Position numbers and translations under genes: made by a program
NCBI GenBank assembly: GCA_964016885.1
Contig: OZ024741.1
Span: 49,972,001 to 50,036,000 of the forward strand
DNA from: Eledone cirrhosa
Lineage: Eukaryota
Direction of reading: 5' to 3'
DNA length: 64,000 nucleotides
Shown: positions 1-13,500 of the stretch, in pieces
Position numbering within the stretch: position 1 is the stretch's first letter
Layout of the letters: each line of letters opens with the position of its first letter
Notes under the pieces: generated by a model
Told to the model about the DNA's origin: nothing
The model's database searches: none
What the model saw: the letters and a program-made list of their open reading frames with translations, nothing else

Positions 1-174
1 TCTTTCACTTGTTGTTGTTGGTGATGTTTGCACTGGAGTCTCTGTTGCAGCTGCATTTGGTATTGCTGTTGTTGTTGTTAGTATTTCCACTGCTGCTGCT
101 GTTTTTGATTTCCGTGGAGTGGGTATGGGTGCCACGGGCCTATCGTTCCTGGTTGCCGCTTGTCCTGTTGCTGG

Positions 175-1392
175 TTACCGTGGAGCCGGATTCGGAAGGA
201 GGGGGGTTTTCTCCTTTCTCAGGGTCTTCTCGTTGCAGAAGGCCCTGAGGTGAGTCTTCGATCCACAGCGAAAGCATTTCGGGCGTTTTCCCTCAACACT
301 TATGGGCAGTTGAGTGCCGTTATCGAAGTCTATCACATCCGGGATAGCTTCGATGCACTCCTGGTTGGTTTGGATTAGCATCTCAATGGAGGAGCCGACC
401 CAATCTTCTCTTATTTTTTTCTGTACTTGCAGTACAGTTGTTTTGTCCTCGATTCCGACGAGGACAGACGCGGCCAGCCAAGAAGGGGTCATTCCGGGGG
501 GGACGTGGGTCAGTTTGACCCTCACAATTTTTTGCCCACAGTAGGAGGGCACCAACACCATTTCCTCGCTCCTTAGGGTCACTACTGATTGGGCCTTTGC
601 CTCCTGGGGTGTGGCAAAAAGTACGTCTACGGTGGCATATTTTTTGCCTCGGGTGATGTGCGTTTTCCGCTGCCACACAGACCCCAAGGCTTTTTGTATT
701 TGGGCCTCTGTGGCTCTTTCCACCCTACGGGATTTTGTACTTACTGTACGGTATGTGACCGTACAGTGCTCTTGGGTTTCGAAAAATTTTTCCGCTGCCT
801 TGCAGATTGCTCGGTGTCCGTTCTTTGTCACCATCTTCTTCGCTTCCTCTAATTCCTCATTTGTTATGAGGATTGTTTCCAAGTTTTTCGCAATACCTGC
901 AAATGAGATTGGTTTTTCTCTGCTGTTGTTGTTGTCGTCAGAGCTGCTGGTACTTTTGTTGTTGCTGCAGGTACTACGACTACTGCCTCCGCCGCTGTTG
1001 CTGTGGTTGTTGTTGGTGTTGCTGCTGCTAATGCTGTTGTTGTTTATGCTGCTGGTGATGCTGTTGCGGCTGCTACTGTTGTTTTCATTGTCACTGTTGC
1101 TGTTGTTATTACGGCTGCTACTGCTATTATTCCTGACGTCAGACGAATGAACTGGGTTTTCGTATTTCCCGCACACCTGTTTCGTCGCTGTCGTCGTCGT
1201 CGTGGAGAAACCTTGCACGCTTTGCACGAGACTTTTCTTTTCTTTCGTCACTTGCGAAAGAGAAGGGAGGGAGAGAGACACATTTAAAGAAGGGAGGGAG
1301 AGAGACAATCTTCTCTCTGCTGTAGTGATGATTGAGGAAGAAGAAGACGGAATGAGTGGGAGTGACGTATGAAATTTCTTTTTCGTAGCCAT
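175..1392 (-). CDS. ORF1 (gag-like, CCHC zinc knuckle) of an L1/Tx1-type non-LTR retrotransposon; frame continues past a probable nonsense TAA and out of the window
   Basis: 405-aa ORF with CFRCGSKTHLRAFC knuckle after an RRM-like region and an N/S-rich N-terminus; reading frame stays open from 174 to 1 after the stop. Confidence 0.7.
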   Translation of the reverse strand: MATKKKFHTSLPLIPSSSSSIITTAERRLSLSLPSLNVSLSLPSLSQVTKEKKSLVQSVQGFSTTTTTATKQVCGKYENPVHSSDVRNNSSSSRNNNSNSDNENNSSSRNSITSSINNNSISSSNTNNNHSNSGGGSSRSTCSNNKSTSSSDDNNNSREKPISFAGIAKNLETILITNEELEEAKKMVTKNGHRAICKAAEKFFETQEHCTVTYRTVSTKSRRVERATEAQIQKALGSVWQRKTHITRGKKYATVDVLFATPQEAKAQSVVTLRSEEMVLVPSYCGQKIVRVKLTHVPPGMTPSWLAASVLVGIEDKTTVLQVQKKIREDWVGSSIEMLIQTNQECIEAIPDVIDFDNGTQLPISVEGKRPKCFRCGSKTHLRAFCNEKTLRKEKTPLLPNPAPR

Positions 1393-1607
1393 GTTGTTTT
1401 TTTGTTTAAAATGAATATTGGGTACAAAACCCCAATAACTGGTTATTTAACCCCGAAGGGCCAAATAACGGACAGAAAGACCCCTCTCACGAGGAGGAGG
1501 GTGTCTTTATCAACAATTTGGTTCAAGTTTTAAACAATTTACAATTGTTTTAACGGTTAAAAGTTACTATACCTTACAGAGCCGAGCCTCCGTCAACCAT
1601 GGCATTC

Positions 1608-1640
<33 letters not shown>

Positions 1641-1644
<4 letters not shown>

Positions 1645-2716
1645 GACTAGGAAGCTATTGACTATCTACAACATGTTCCACAAGAGGAGTGATGTCGATA
1701 GACTCTACTTAAGGAAATCTGAAGGTGGAAGAGATCTTATCAGCATAGATGGAGAAAAACATCCTACACAAATACGTGACCGATAGTAAGGAGCCAATGC
1801 TCAGAATTGTACTGAAGGAGAGAACAATAGACCAGGGGATGTCCAAGGAGGAAATAACAACAAGGAGGAATAGCAACCTTCATGAAAAATCCCTTCGTAG
1901 TACCTTCTTTGAGAAAACGGAATTCAGAGATCCACAGACATGGAACTGGTTGAGAAGAGGAGACCTTAAAAAGGCTACAGAAGGAATGCTAATGGCTGCG
2001 CAAGAGCAGGCCCTCAAAACGAAGTGGCTGAAACACCTTATTTACAAGGCGGAGGCTAGCCCACTGTGCAGGATCTGTGGAGAGAGAGAGAAGACTGTGG
2101 CTCACATTGTATCCGAGTGTAAACACCTAGCCCAAACTCACTATAAAGGCTGGAGACATGATGTGATGAGCAGGGTGATCCACTGGCACCTATGCAAAGT
2201 AAACAAGTTCCCACATTCTGAGAAGTGGTATGAGCATAAGCCAGAGTCGGTGATAGAAAACGATCAGGTGAAGGTGCTATGGGATTTTAGGATACAGACG
2301 AACAAGAAACTGGAACACAATAGACCTGACCTGGTGGTTTTGGACAAGGAAAAAAGATCGTGCCTGATTGTGGATGTGGCCTGCCCATTCGACACGAGAG
2401 TGCAAGAGAAGGAGAGGGTGAAAATTAACCGATACCAGGATTTAAAGTGGGAGGTAAAAAGGATTTGGAACTGCCATGAAGTCAAAGTGGTCCCGATTGT
2501 CATAGGCGCACTAGGTACTATCTCAAAAAGTTTCCAGGGATGGTTAAAGAAAATTGGCCCTGCCCCACTTTTTGGAACACTTCAAAAGGCATGCTTGCTG
2601 GGAACAGCAAGAACCCTCCGATACGTCCTGAATATCTGAGGCTGCAGGTAGTGGCTTGATATTCATTTCAACAAACTTTCCAGTTAACTAACATCAATGA
2701 CTGAGACTCAAAGAAC
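1641..2716 (+). mobile_element. 3' fragment of an R4/Dong-type LINE (restriction-like endonuclease) within (AAT)n
   Basis: ORF 1749-2639 has CRICGEREKTVAHIVSEC, RHD and NRPDLVV..DVACP..K..RYQDL REL motifs; flanked by (AAT)n at 1609-1640 and 2717-2762. Confidence 0.9.
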
Positions 2717-3411
2717 AATAATAATAATAATGTTGTCTTTAATAATAATAATAATAATAATAAAAGAAATGAGAAAAGACATTGGAAAGCTTGAGTCTTT
2801 ACTGAATGGGACATTACAAAACATAGACACTAAAGTTAGATTGAAAATAAAATACAAAACTAGGGGGAAAGAGCTAAATATTATCATAGAGGAACTGAAT
2901 AATGCATTGTAGCAAAAAGTGCAAAGATTAGGTGGTATGAGAACAGAGTCAGTCAGTATAGACAGAACCGCATGTTTGACAATAACCAGAAGATGTTGTT
3001 TGGACAGCTTGAAGGGAAAGAAAGAGGCAACGACTTGATCCCTGAGGCGGAACAGACTAAGACATTCTGGAGAGGAATATGGGAGCAGGATGTTAAACAT
3101 AATAGTCAGGCAGTGTGGATTGAGACAGTTCAAAAGGAGATTAGTGAACAGGCACACCAGCAAACTGACTTGAGTATCACAGTTGAAACTTTTAAGGGGC
3201 AGGCCAAAAAACTAACCAACTGGAAATCACCAGGCCCTGATGGTGTGCAGGGGTATTGGATTAAAAATATAACATCCCTCCACCCGAAACTGACAACCAT
3301 GTTCAATGACTGCTTGATGTCGGGTGAAGTACCAGAGTGGTTGACAAAAGGTACCACAGTTCTTGTAATGAAAGACCGAATCAAGAGTAATGATGTTACC
3401 AACTATAGGCC

Positions 3412-4246
3412 TGTAGCGAAGTCTGTCCGCGCCTTGAACCTTGGGTGACACCTAAAGGTCAAATTCTAGGTCACCACCCTTTTGGTGTGAACAGGTTCAT
3501 GTGTGGGCTATCAACTCAAGGTGGGAGACAGGAAGCGACAGGTATATAAAGCCTGTATCATCCCACTTTAGAGAGACATCGGAACACCACGACATACAAC
3601 AAGCTATGTAAAGATTCACCACTATCAACAGACCCCAGTGGTCTACAGAAATACAGAGAGAATAGACTAACAACGAGAACTACTACAGACCATTCAGAGG
3701 TATACAAACCATTACTCTCTCTCTCTCACTGTGGTCTTAGACTCACGACGACAATGTCAACCTACTACTACAGACCATTCAGAGGTATACAAACCATTAC
3801 TCTCTCTCTCTCACTGTGGTCTTAGACTCACGACGACAATGTCAACCTACTACTACAGACCATTCAGAGGTATACAAACCATTACTCTCTCTCTCTCACT
3901 GTGGTCTTAGACTCACGACGACAATGTCAACCTACTACTACAGACCATTCAGAGGTATACAAACCATTACTCTCTCTCTCTCACTATGGTCTCAGACTCA
4001 CGACGACAATGTCAACCTACTACTACAGACCATTCAAAGGTATACAAACCATTACTCTCTCTCTCTCACTATGGTCTCAGACTCACGACGACAATGTCAA
4101 CCTTCGCAACTCTTGGTAACTTGTTTTATTGTACTTTTTGATTGAAGTGAAGTAAACCATATATAAACTAAATCATTTATTCCTGTTATTAAATCTAACA
4201 ACTGTTATAATCATTCTAACATACACTCTTTATACCCTTCTTTAAA
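3412..4246 (+). mobile_element. Solo LTR (probably Gypsy) inserted in the Dong RT
   Basis: Starts TGTAGCGAAG, ends CTTCTTTAAA (imperfect inverted termini); GGCC duplicated at 3408-3411 and 4247-4250; removing it restores AAC TAT AGG CCT ATC ACA TGT (NYRPITC); TATA box near 3543. Confidence 0.8.
3681..4103. repeat. 85-bp tandem repeat, 5 copies, inside the solo LTR
   Basis: Unit TACTACAGACCATTCAGAGG...ACAATGTCAACCTAC at 3681, 3766, 3851, 3936 and 4021. Confidence 0.95.
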
Positions 4247-5070
4247 GGCCTATCACATGTCTGTCTGTAATGTGGAAACTGTTAACAAACATTGTGTCTG
4301 AGGAAATATACCATCACCTCCACATAAACAACTTGTTACCGGACGAACAGAAAGGATGCCGAAAGAAGTCCCATGGTACAAAAGACCAGTTACTTATTAA
4401 TAAGATGGTAATGAGGAATTGCAAGAGGAGGCACACTGGTCTTGCCATGGGATGGATAAATTATAAAAAGGCATTTGACATGGTACCTCATTCTTGGATA
4501 ACCAAAAGCCTAGAGATCTTCAAGGTAGCAGATAACATCAGACAGCTATTGAGCAAAAGTATGAAGTCCTGGGAAACAGAGTTAACATTGGGTGGAGAAT
4601 CCTTGGGAGGCGTGAAGCTCAAGAGAGGTATCTTCCAGGGAGATAGTTTGTACCCTCTGCTGTTTGTCCTTGCCCTGATACCCCTGTCTGTTATATGGAC
4701 GATCTTAAACTCTTTGGGAAGAGTGAGAAGGAGTTGGATGTACTTGTTGACACTGTCTATATTTTCAGCAATGATATATGTATGGAATTTGGTATTACTA
4801 AGTGTGGAGTCCTAGTGATGAAGAGGGGTAAATTGAGCAGAAGCAACGGAATCCAGGTACCAACAGGTGAGATGATAAAGGAAATTGACACTGAAGAGGG
4901 ATAGAAATATTTGGGTATTCTGGAGGCAGATGACACCAAGAACAAAAAAATGAAGGAATTGATAAGATCTAAATACATAAGAAGAGTAAGAACATACTAA
5001 AATTACATCTAAATAGTAGGAATGTCATAAGTGCAGTAAATTCCCGAGCTGTGTCTATTATTAGGTACAG

Positions 5071-5264
5071 TTAAGGCGGTGGATTGGCAGTATCGGTAGA
5101 GGATCGGACTCCATGCTTTGACGCATAGAGTTACGGCCTTTGCCATTCTGAGTTCAAATCCCGCCGAGGTTAACTTTGCCTTTCATCCTTACGGGGTCGA
5201 TAAAATAAAGTACCAGTAATGTACTGGTTAATTGCTGTCCTGCCTTGTGCCAAAAGTAGAAACA
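5071..5264 (+). mobile_element. tRNA-derived SINE with 14-bp TSD
   Basis: A-box TGGCAGTATCGG, B-box GAGTTCAAATCC, core GCCTTTCATCCTTACGGGGTCGATAAA; TSD ATTATTAGGTACAG at 5057-5070 and 5265-5278. Confidence 0.9.
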
Positions 5265-6404
5265 ATTATTAGGTACAGGGCGGGAATTCTGAAACGGAAT
5301 GTTACTGAACAAAAAAGAAATGGATAAGAAGACTAGGAAACTAATGACTACCTACAGCATGTTCCACAGGAGGAGTGATGTTGATAGACTCTACTTAAAG
5401 AGATTTGAATGTGGAAGAGGTCTTATCAGCATTGAGGACTGTGTTCAGATGGAGAAAAACAACCTGCACAAATATGTGACTGACAGTAGGGAGCCAATGC
5501 TCAAAGTTGTACTGAAGGAGAAGACAATAGACCAGAGGATATCCAATGAGGAAATAACAACAAAGAGGAAGAGCAACCTTCATGAAAAATCCCTTCATAG
5601 CACCTTCTTTAAGGAAACAGAATTCAGAGATTCACAGACATGGAACTGGTTAAAAGAGGAGGCCTTAAAAGGGCTACAGAGGGAATGCTAATGGCTACGC
5701 AAGAGCAGGCCCTCAGAACGAAGTGGGTGAAACACCTTATTTACAAGGAGGAGGCTAGCCCACTGTGTAGGATCTGTGGAGAGAGAGAGTAGACTGTGGC
5801 TCACATTGTATCTGAGTGTAAACACCTAGCCCAGACTCACTATAAGGCTGGAGACATGATGTGATGGGCAGGGTGATTCACTGGCATCTATGCAAAGTAA
5901 ACAATTTCCCACATTCTGAGAAGTGGTATGAGCATAAGCCAGAGTTGGTGATAGAAAACGATCAGGTGAAGGTGCTATGGGATTTTAGGATACAGACGGA
6001 CAAAAAATTAGAACACAATAGGCCTGACTTGGTGGTTTTGGACAAGGGAAAAAAATCGTGCCTGATTGTAGATGTAGCCTGGCCATTTGACACGAGAGTG
6101 CAAGAAAAGGAGAGGGAGAAAATTAACCAATACCAAGATTTAAAGTGGAAGTTAAAAAGGATTTAGAACTGCCATGAAATCAAGGTAGTCATGATTGTCA
6201 TAGGCGCACTAGGTACTATCGCAAAGAGTTTCCAAGGATGGTTAAAGAAGATTAGTCTAGCCCCGCTTTTTGGAACACTTCAAAAGGCATGCTTGCTGGG
6301 AACAGCAAGAACCCTCCAATATGTCTGAGGCTGCAGGTAGCGGCTTGATATTCATTTCAACAAACTTTCCAGTTAACTAACATCAATGACAAAGATAATA
6401 ATAT

Positions 6405-8075
6405 CAAGGTTCTTTGCTACGAAGGACATACTGTCCATGCAGTGGTTTTTGCTCTCATTTAGTGCACAGTCTCTGTTGGCCTTCATGTTTTGCCAACACT
6501 TTGATATTCTTTGTGGCTTTAATTGCAGAATCACCCTCATTTTCAAAGGGTATTCCCAATTCTTCCACAAACTTTCTACTTTCCTTTGTGACTGAATGTA
6601 ACCTCTTCCTTCCTTCGTGAACTGCAACCATTTTCGTCATCTGGCCATCTGTGGTTTTAAGATACTGATTGAGTCCAAGGGTCAATATTCTGTGTGAAAG
6701 CTCTAGCTGGATCATTCCTTGATCCCTGTTTTGTCTTGGGAGATAGAGGCACTCCACATCTGCTTTTGGATTACAGGTCAAAAGTTTCCTGATTTGGGTA
6801 TCCATTCTCTTAATTTCATTACCAATTTATGATATTGTAGGTGACAACTGGGATTGCAAGTGCATTTATGGCAGAAAATCTATTTCTCAAGTTAAACTCT
6901 GTTTTCATGACAGCATGTACTCTCCAGTAGCATTCCTTCCTGATTCTCTCTTTCATGCTGGCCTTCATTGATCCCTAGATATCTGTAGGGTTGTTCCTGT
7001 TCTAGTTCCCTAATTTCTGTATTCACATTTATTTCCATTGAGTTTGTGCCTATCATTCTGCCTTTCTTAAATGTTTCTTTGGAGCATTTTTCCAGTCTAA
7101 ACTCCACCCCTACATCATCACTGAACACCTTAACTGTCTTCAACAGTCCTTCCAATTCATAGTTATTTTTAGCATACAGCCTGAAGTCATCCATATAAAA
7201 CAAATGATTTATGGTTTTACTGTCTATTTTGTAGCCATACTATGTTTTGTTGAGTACTGAAGACAGCAGTGTGTATGCAATGTTAAATATCAGTGGAGAA
7301 ACGAACCACCTTAAAAAATACCACAGTTAATATTTATGCTGATGGAATTTATAATTCCATAACCATGTGACAATGATAGCTTTGTATTTCATATAGACAT
7401 GTTGAATTTCAGGAAGTTTGACATTACTTCAGAACATCCAAAGTTTTCAAAATCCATAAGTGAGGAACACTGTCAAATGCTTTCTTATAGTCAATCCAAG
7501 AAGTACTCAGATTTCTATATTTTTATGACAATTTTCCAGAATCATGCGGTTAATGTGAAGTTGGTCTTTGCACCCATAAAACCCATGGTGACAACATTTC
7601 TGCTCAATAGGGAATAGATGATTTTCATCCATAAATTTGAAGGTTGTGTCAGTCAAGATTGAGGTGAGAATTTTGTATGATGTGGGAAGGCAAGTGATAG
7701 GACGATCATTTTGGGGAATATTTGTTTCTGTCGACTTTGGCAAGAGATATGTTATATCCTGTGCAAACCAATCAGGAGCTTTTTCAGGGTTGTACATAAT
7801 TTCATTATAACATTTTATTAACATATCATGGGTAGCAGTTAAAGAAGATAACCAGAAGTTTGGCACTTTATCAACACCTGAGGATTTCCATTTGTTGGCT
7901 TTCTTTAGTTCCAACTCCAGTTCTTCTATAGTTATATCTTGCCAAGTCTGTCTTTCTAAATTATTGTATGTTTCTTCCATGTTCTTTATCCATTCTGCAT
8001 TCACATTATGAGATTTTTCTGTACTCCATACTGTTTTCCAGAATTCTTCAATTTCATGAATTGAAGAAGGTTCCA
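6405..8075 (-). mobile_element. Degenerate R4/Dong-type LINE RT, second family
   Basis: KWKSSGVDK, DRPITCLPTSYKILT, EQKCC..GCKDQL, FYMDDFRLY, YRYLGI and ADVECLYLPR motifs with stops and frameshifts. Confidence 0.85.
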
Positions 8076-8092
8076 ATATTATCATTATTATG

Positions 8093-8610
8093 ATTTGAAA
8101 CTTCCTTTGAGTTCCGCTTCTTTCCAAATCATGCTGAGTGTCAACCTGGAACCAGAGGCAAAATCTGATAATACATATTTTACAATCAAGTGTAACACAA
8201 ATGATGTCATAAGGGCACAAACAACAGTAAATGTCCTTGCAAATTGATAATGCCCTTCTTAGGACATGGACAGCACCAGTCAGCACTATTTTTTATATCT
8301 CTTGCAGAGATGGCTTTCCAGGTATCTGGTCCAAATATTTTTCAGCACCCTTTTTTATCATTCGAAGTGCGCCGACTATCATTTTCTCAATTTCAATTGA
8401 TAGATTTTTATATTTACTGAGCTTTCTGAACTCTTTTGAGGAGATGTTATGATGTGATGAAATGCTCATGTCAATTCAGAAACAAGTTTTCTCTTTATGG
8501 TCCCTCATAATTATATCAGGTCTGTTGGCCTTGATTGTTCTGTCAGTATTCACAGGGAAATCCTTGAGGATTGTCGCATTCTTGCCTCCTGTTACTGCAT
8601 CTGGGTGACG
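8093..8610 (-). mobile_element. 3' end (REL + 3' UTR) of an R4/Dong-type LINE
   Basis: TDRTIKANRPDI, KLSKYKNL and LTGAVHVLRRAL motifs, ending in an (ATA)n tail near 8080-8093. Confidence 0.75.
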
Positions 8611-8724
8611 GTTGTATGTTTAACGTCCATGTTTACACACTAGCATGGGTTTTATATATATATGCTAGCATGGAAGATGGACGTTAAACGAAGATGATGA
8701 TGATGATGTTGATATATATAAGGT

Positions 8725-9309
8725 GTAGTGTTGTACAAAGGTTTAAAACACTGTTAAACAACACTACACCCAACTTTGCACAAAATATCGCTTCCTCTAA
8801 CAATGCCAAACTCCTCTCTGACAGAAATAACAATGATATTAGTGGTGAGCAAACTAGGACAGTTACACAACTGTCCGGAAAGATCATCATTCCCCCTCAA
8901 CAATAGGTGCTGAGTACAAAATGTGGTCTACCTGTGCAATGTGAAGACGGAACATTCCAGCAAAGCCTACATCGGATTAATTGCCTGCAAGTTTAAGACA
9001 CGCTACTACCATCACCAACATTCATTTAGAAACCCAGCCCGGCAACATGAGGCAGCACTTTGTGGCCATATTTGGGACTTCCATGACAGCAACATTACCT
9101 ATCATCTAAAATGGAGCCTACTTTCCAAGGCAAAATCTTACTCTGGAGGACACCGTCCATGCAATTTATGCTCAGAGGAAATGATGCAGATGCTGTTTGC
9201 CAAGGATCAATTATTAAACAAAAAGGATGAACTTGTTACCTCGTGTAAACAACACAGAATATATAGGACATATCTTATCTTGAAACGCCCTCACGATACA
9301 GGTGGGTAG
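8725..9309 (+). pseudogene. Hydra-type Penelope-like element remnant (GIY-YIG endonuclease)
   Basis: VYLC...YIG...FKTRYYHH..SFR...LKWSLL...CNLCSEE...LLNKKDEL; homologous to 42517-43241. Confidence 0.8.
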
Positions 9310-10248
9310 ATCTTGGTTTTAATATCCTTCCTACTTACACACTAAGATAGAGGAAACCCAGAGCACACTTGTCCTTTTCCTAAAGTAACCTTAGGCAGAC
9401 ATAGAATATTTACATTACTGTAAACATTGCTCTTTAGCATCGGCTGATTAAATAGTAACAATACAGGCTCAGATCCATTACTCACAGCTTAAGCATGAGG
9501 CACAAGTATAAACACTGCCATTGCTGTACTACAGCAATGGCACACCTGGTATATAGAGTAAATTTGTACTATTATACACAAACACATTAGGCCCGTACGT
9601 AAGCACCATCATAAAACTATAGAGTTAGGAATATTAAATAAAGCTACAAGTTAGCATTCAATTCTATTACTTCATTCCGTTAAGGTATTGCGATGGTTTT
9701 GATATACCTGATACAAATACATATTGAGGCATTTCTTATATAAAACAGGAATCCATAATACTATAGATTCTTAGCTAAATTACGATAGCACGAGAACCGA
9801 AATAACTAGAACTATCTTTAGGATTAATGGTAGATTTATTGGTGTTTTAAATAAGTAAATTAGTGAACAAGGCGCCTTTACCGGGCCATAGAGCAATTCT
9901 ACGATGAGGGGATACAGTAATAAGATCGAGGCACATATGCAGACACACACGTATACATACATATATATGTATGTAAATCGACACGGACATATATGTATAT
10001 ATATATATTATTATATATATATTTCGTTTCTGAATTTGCTTAGCAAGATTCTTTATCTGACATCGTGTGTTGAAACCGATATTGTTATACTTTGGGAGGG
10101 TCATGTTGCCAATAAGAAACACACGCACCAGTTGCTTTCACTTCAGTTTATTATATATTTATAAATTTATAAATCTACAAATTTACAAACTTATAAATTT
10201 CTGGTTGGTTGGTTGGTTGGTTCCACAACCAGATAGGTGTTTATATAT

Positions 10249-10293
10249 AGTCATAGTCCTTTCGTCACACACTCTGTGACCTCTTCAGTGACT
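10249..10293 (-). ncRNA. Minimal type I hammerhead ribozyme (PLE family A pLTR)
   Basis: AGUCA-CUGAAGA-G-GUCAC(loop)GUGAC-GAAA-GGAC-UA-UGACU. Confidence 0.85.
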
Positions 10294-10573
10294 GGGGATT
10301 CCTTTCCTTTGTTTCTGTGCCTTTCCTTTCTTCTATCCTACGCCATTTTGTTTCTGTGTGTGTGTTGTGTGCTCAGTTTGCGCATGCGCCACATCCGGGT
10401 GTCTGTGTGTGTTTGTGTTCATTTATCTATTTGTTTATTTATTTATTTATTTATTGTTGGTTGGTTGTTTGTTCTATGTGTGTGTGTGTTTTCATTTTGT
10501 CCTGTGTGTGTTTTCATTTTGTCCTTAATTGTAAGTTGTTTGTTCTATGTGTGTGTGTGTTTTCATTTTGTCC

Positions 10574-13500
10574 TTAATTGTAAGTTGTGATGTTGCTGTT
10601 CCACTCATATTTTCTATTTAATTTTGGTTTTAATTCTTTTATGCTTACTGCCTCTGTAATTTGCCTAAACATTGCGTCTTTTCTGTGTGTGGATTCTATT
10701 TTTATTTCTATGTTCTCTAGTCTACCTCTGTGTTCTATCTTAGCATGTTGGTAGAGCACAGATGATTCTTTATTATCTTGGAGGTCTCGCCAGTGTTCAT
10801 TTATTCGTTCCCCTATACTACGAGCTGTCTCACCTATGTACACTATATTTTTGTTTCTACATTGTCCTTCTGTACATCTTATGCTATACACTACATTTCT
10901 AGTTTTACAGTTAATATGGGGGCTTATTTTACAGGTTATACATTTCTTATCTATACATAAGGGTCTTTGGAACGGGTATGTCTTGCTAATAAGTGTTTTT
11001 ACGGAGGTACCTGGTCTTTCTACTATCTTAATATTGAGATTATGTTTATTTAGGGCCCTTCTAAATTTGTAGGCTAGTTCGCCTCTAGGGGTTGTATTGA
11101 TGAACATTACACTCTGGTATTTATTGCTATCATACCATGAGTTTATTCTATTGGCCTTGTTCCTAGTTCTTTCTATTCTATTCCAAAATTTGCTCCTATA
11201 CAAGGGGCAGGTCCCATTTATGTCATTATTTCCCAATTTTTCCCATTTGGTTCTGGCTCCTTTATACACTCTGATTCTATCTCTCTGATTGTAGCCAGAG
11301 AACTGCATACGGTGGATGAAGTGTTGTATGTGTCTCTCTAGTTCTTCGGGGTTGCACATGCGGAACACATTTCTCATCACCCGTACCAAATCCGCAATCA
11401 GTATGTTGATTTTGGTATGGTCCGAAATGGCCGAGTTTCGGTGGATCAGATGTTTGGAAGTCATGGGTTTGGCATAATGGGAATGGAGGATTTGTTTTTG
11501 GTTGTTAATGGTATCTAACCAGAGCTCTGTGTCTAGTACAGGTAATCGATGGTTGGGGTGTCTACTTGGGTAGTCTATAGTAACTCTAATGCTCTGGTGG
11601 ATGGAGTTTGCTATTTGCTGGATGCTTTCCATTGTGTTTTTCTCTAGTTCCTGACTGTTCTTTAGTGGGGGTGTCTTAACTACGATGTTTATATCATCTA
11701 CGTAGCGGGAGTACATTATCAGGGTTAAGCTGTCTTCTAATTGTTCTTTAAGTTTTTGTTTAAGTCTACTGTCCCACCATACCATGAATAAGTTAGCTAT
11801 GTCGCCTGCAATGCTAACACCAATGGCTGCTCCTTCCTCTTGGGCATATGTTTTACCATTAAATTTGAACATATGTTCCTTAAGGGTTAATTTTATGCTG
11901 GCCCCTACCGCATGTGCAATCATTTTCTTCAGTTCATCGTGGTTTTCGGGTGTCCGTATGGCTCTGGTCCACCCGTTCCATCTATCTGTGTGGGTTTTCT
12001 TGGCCATTGAGGTAATGGTAGGTCGTCTGCCTCTTGCTGGTCTTGTAGGGCACAGGTTGCTAAGGTCATAAGTGTCTAGGTAACTATTACTATGGGTAAG
12101 CTTAAGTAGAAGTCCCAGCTCACTGGTATCAATCCCACGGAACTCAACCTTGCTCTCGCTGATCATTTCTACGCATTTCTCCACAGCAAAATCCACGTCA
12201 ATAGATGGATACAGGGACACAACATCCATACTGCCTATTATGCAGTTTGTTAGGTCCCCAGATCGGTTACCCGCGCCGATTCTGCTGAGGAGGTCCTCCG
12301 TGCTGTCACACACATCTGGGGACATCTCAATGATGGGGCGTATGATCAGGGAGAGGAAGTAGGACAGTCTGTAGTTACTAGCAATGTTAGCCCCACAGAC
12401 TGGCCGTGTTGGTGGTCCCGCGACAGGGTCCCAGCCCGTTTTATGGTCTTTTCGAAGCCCATACAACGCCGGCACGTCATTGTTCCAGGCCTGGAAGTTG
12501 TTGGCAGTCCTTTTGTTGGGCTGCATTATATTCGTCCACATCACCATATGGGCATTGAGGGCTTTTTCTCTATCCTCATGCTCCTGTGGTGTTACCTCTC
12601 TTGTGTTAGTGATATGGGGTTGCATTGCCTGGATGTAGTTTGGCAGGCTGTCAACCGACATTCTGCCAGACTTGTCTGTTGGAAAACATGCTATCTCTCC
12701 ATTACGCGAGCGCTGCATGAGCTTACGCAAGCCATTTGCAGATTTTTCTCCCAGTTGCTGGGCCTCTATTCTATTATGCTTCTTGCTATACTGTTCTATA
12801 ATATTTCTAATTTCGGATCTAGCTATACTAAATTGTGCTTCTGTTTGTTCATCGACCTGCGACGGCAACTGCGTGCGTTTGTTAAATGGCAGAGTCGTGG
12901 CGTGGACTCATCGTAGGTCGAATGATTTATCGGAGGGGTTATAAAACGGAGAGTTCCAGGCTGCTGCTTTATGTGTACTAGTGCTATTATTATTGTTAGT
13001 TGTGTTGTTTCTATTTCTATTTCCACCAACAGCCTCAGCTTCATGGTTGTTTCTATGTCTCTCATAATTACTCCTGTCTCTTTCCACTGGCTCAATGTTG
13101 TTATCTACCCTATTTTGTGTGTCTGTGTGTTCGTCTTGGTTATTCTCTTTGTCCTTAGTCTCCCATCTCCTTTTCCTTTTAATCCTATTACTTTCTCTTA
13201 TTTCTCTGATTTCTGTGCTACTGTCATTACTTGTTTTCTGTGTCTGTGTGTTTGTTAAGATTGTGGTGGTGGTGAGAGGCATTGAATGCGTGTGTGTTGT
13301 TGTTGATGTCTGTTGTTGTTGATGTGTGTTGTTGTTGTCTCCGTGTGTGTTATCGTTGTTGTGTGTGTTGTTATTGTTGTTTGTGTCTGCGTGTCTGTTG
13401 TTGTTATTGTATCTGGGTATGTTGCTATTGTTGTTGTTGTTGATGTGTGTGTTGTTGTTATTGTTGTCTCAATGTGTGTTATCGTTGTTGTGTGTGTTGT

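Larger units (their letters stand above)
2763..6390 (+). mobile_element. 5'-truncated degenerate R4/Dong-type LINE (RT + REL), interrupted by a solo LTR and a SINE
   Basis: [41 protein letters not shown] and REL motifs across ORFs 2972-6166; 3' part is a diverged copy of 1641-2700. Confidence 0.9.

Noticed and set aside
611-1150. Leu-rich, membrane-protein-like ORFs
   Set aside because: Antisense shadow of the (AAC/AGC)-rich LINE ORF1.
3681-4103. CRISPR-like appearance of the 85-bp array
   Set aside because: Units are contiguous and near-identical with no unique spacers; no cas genes; eukaryotic context.
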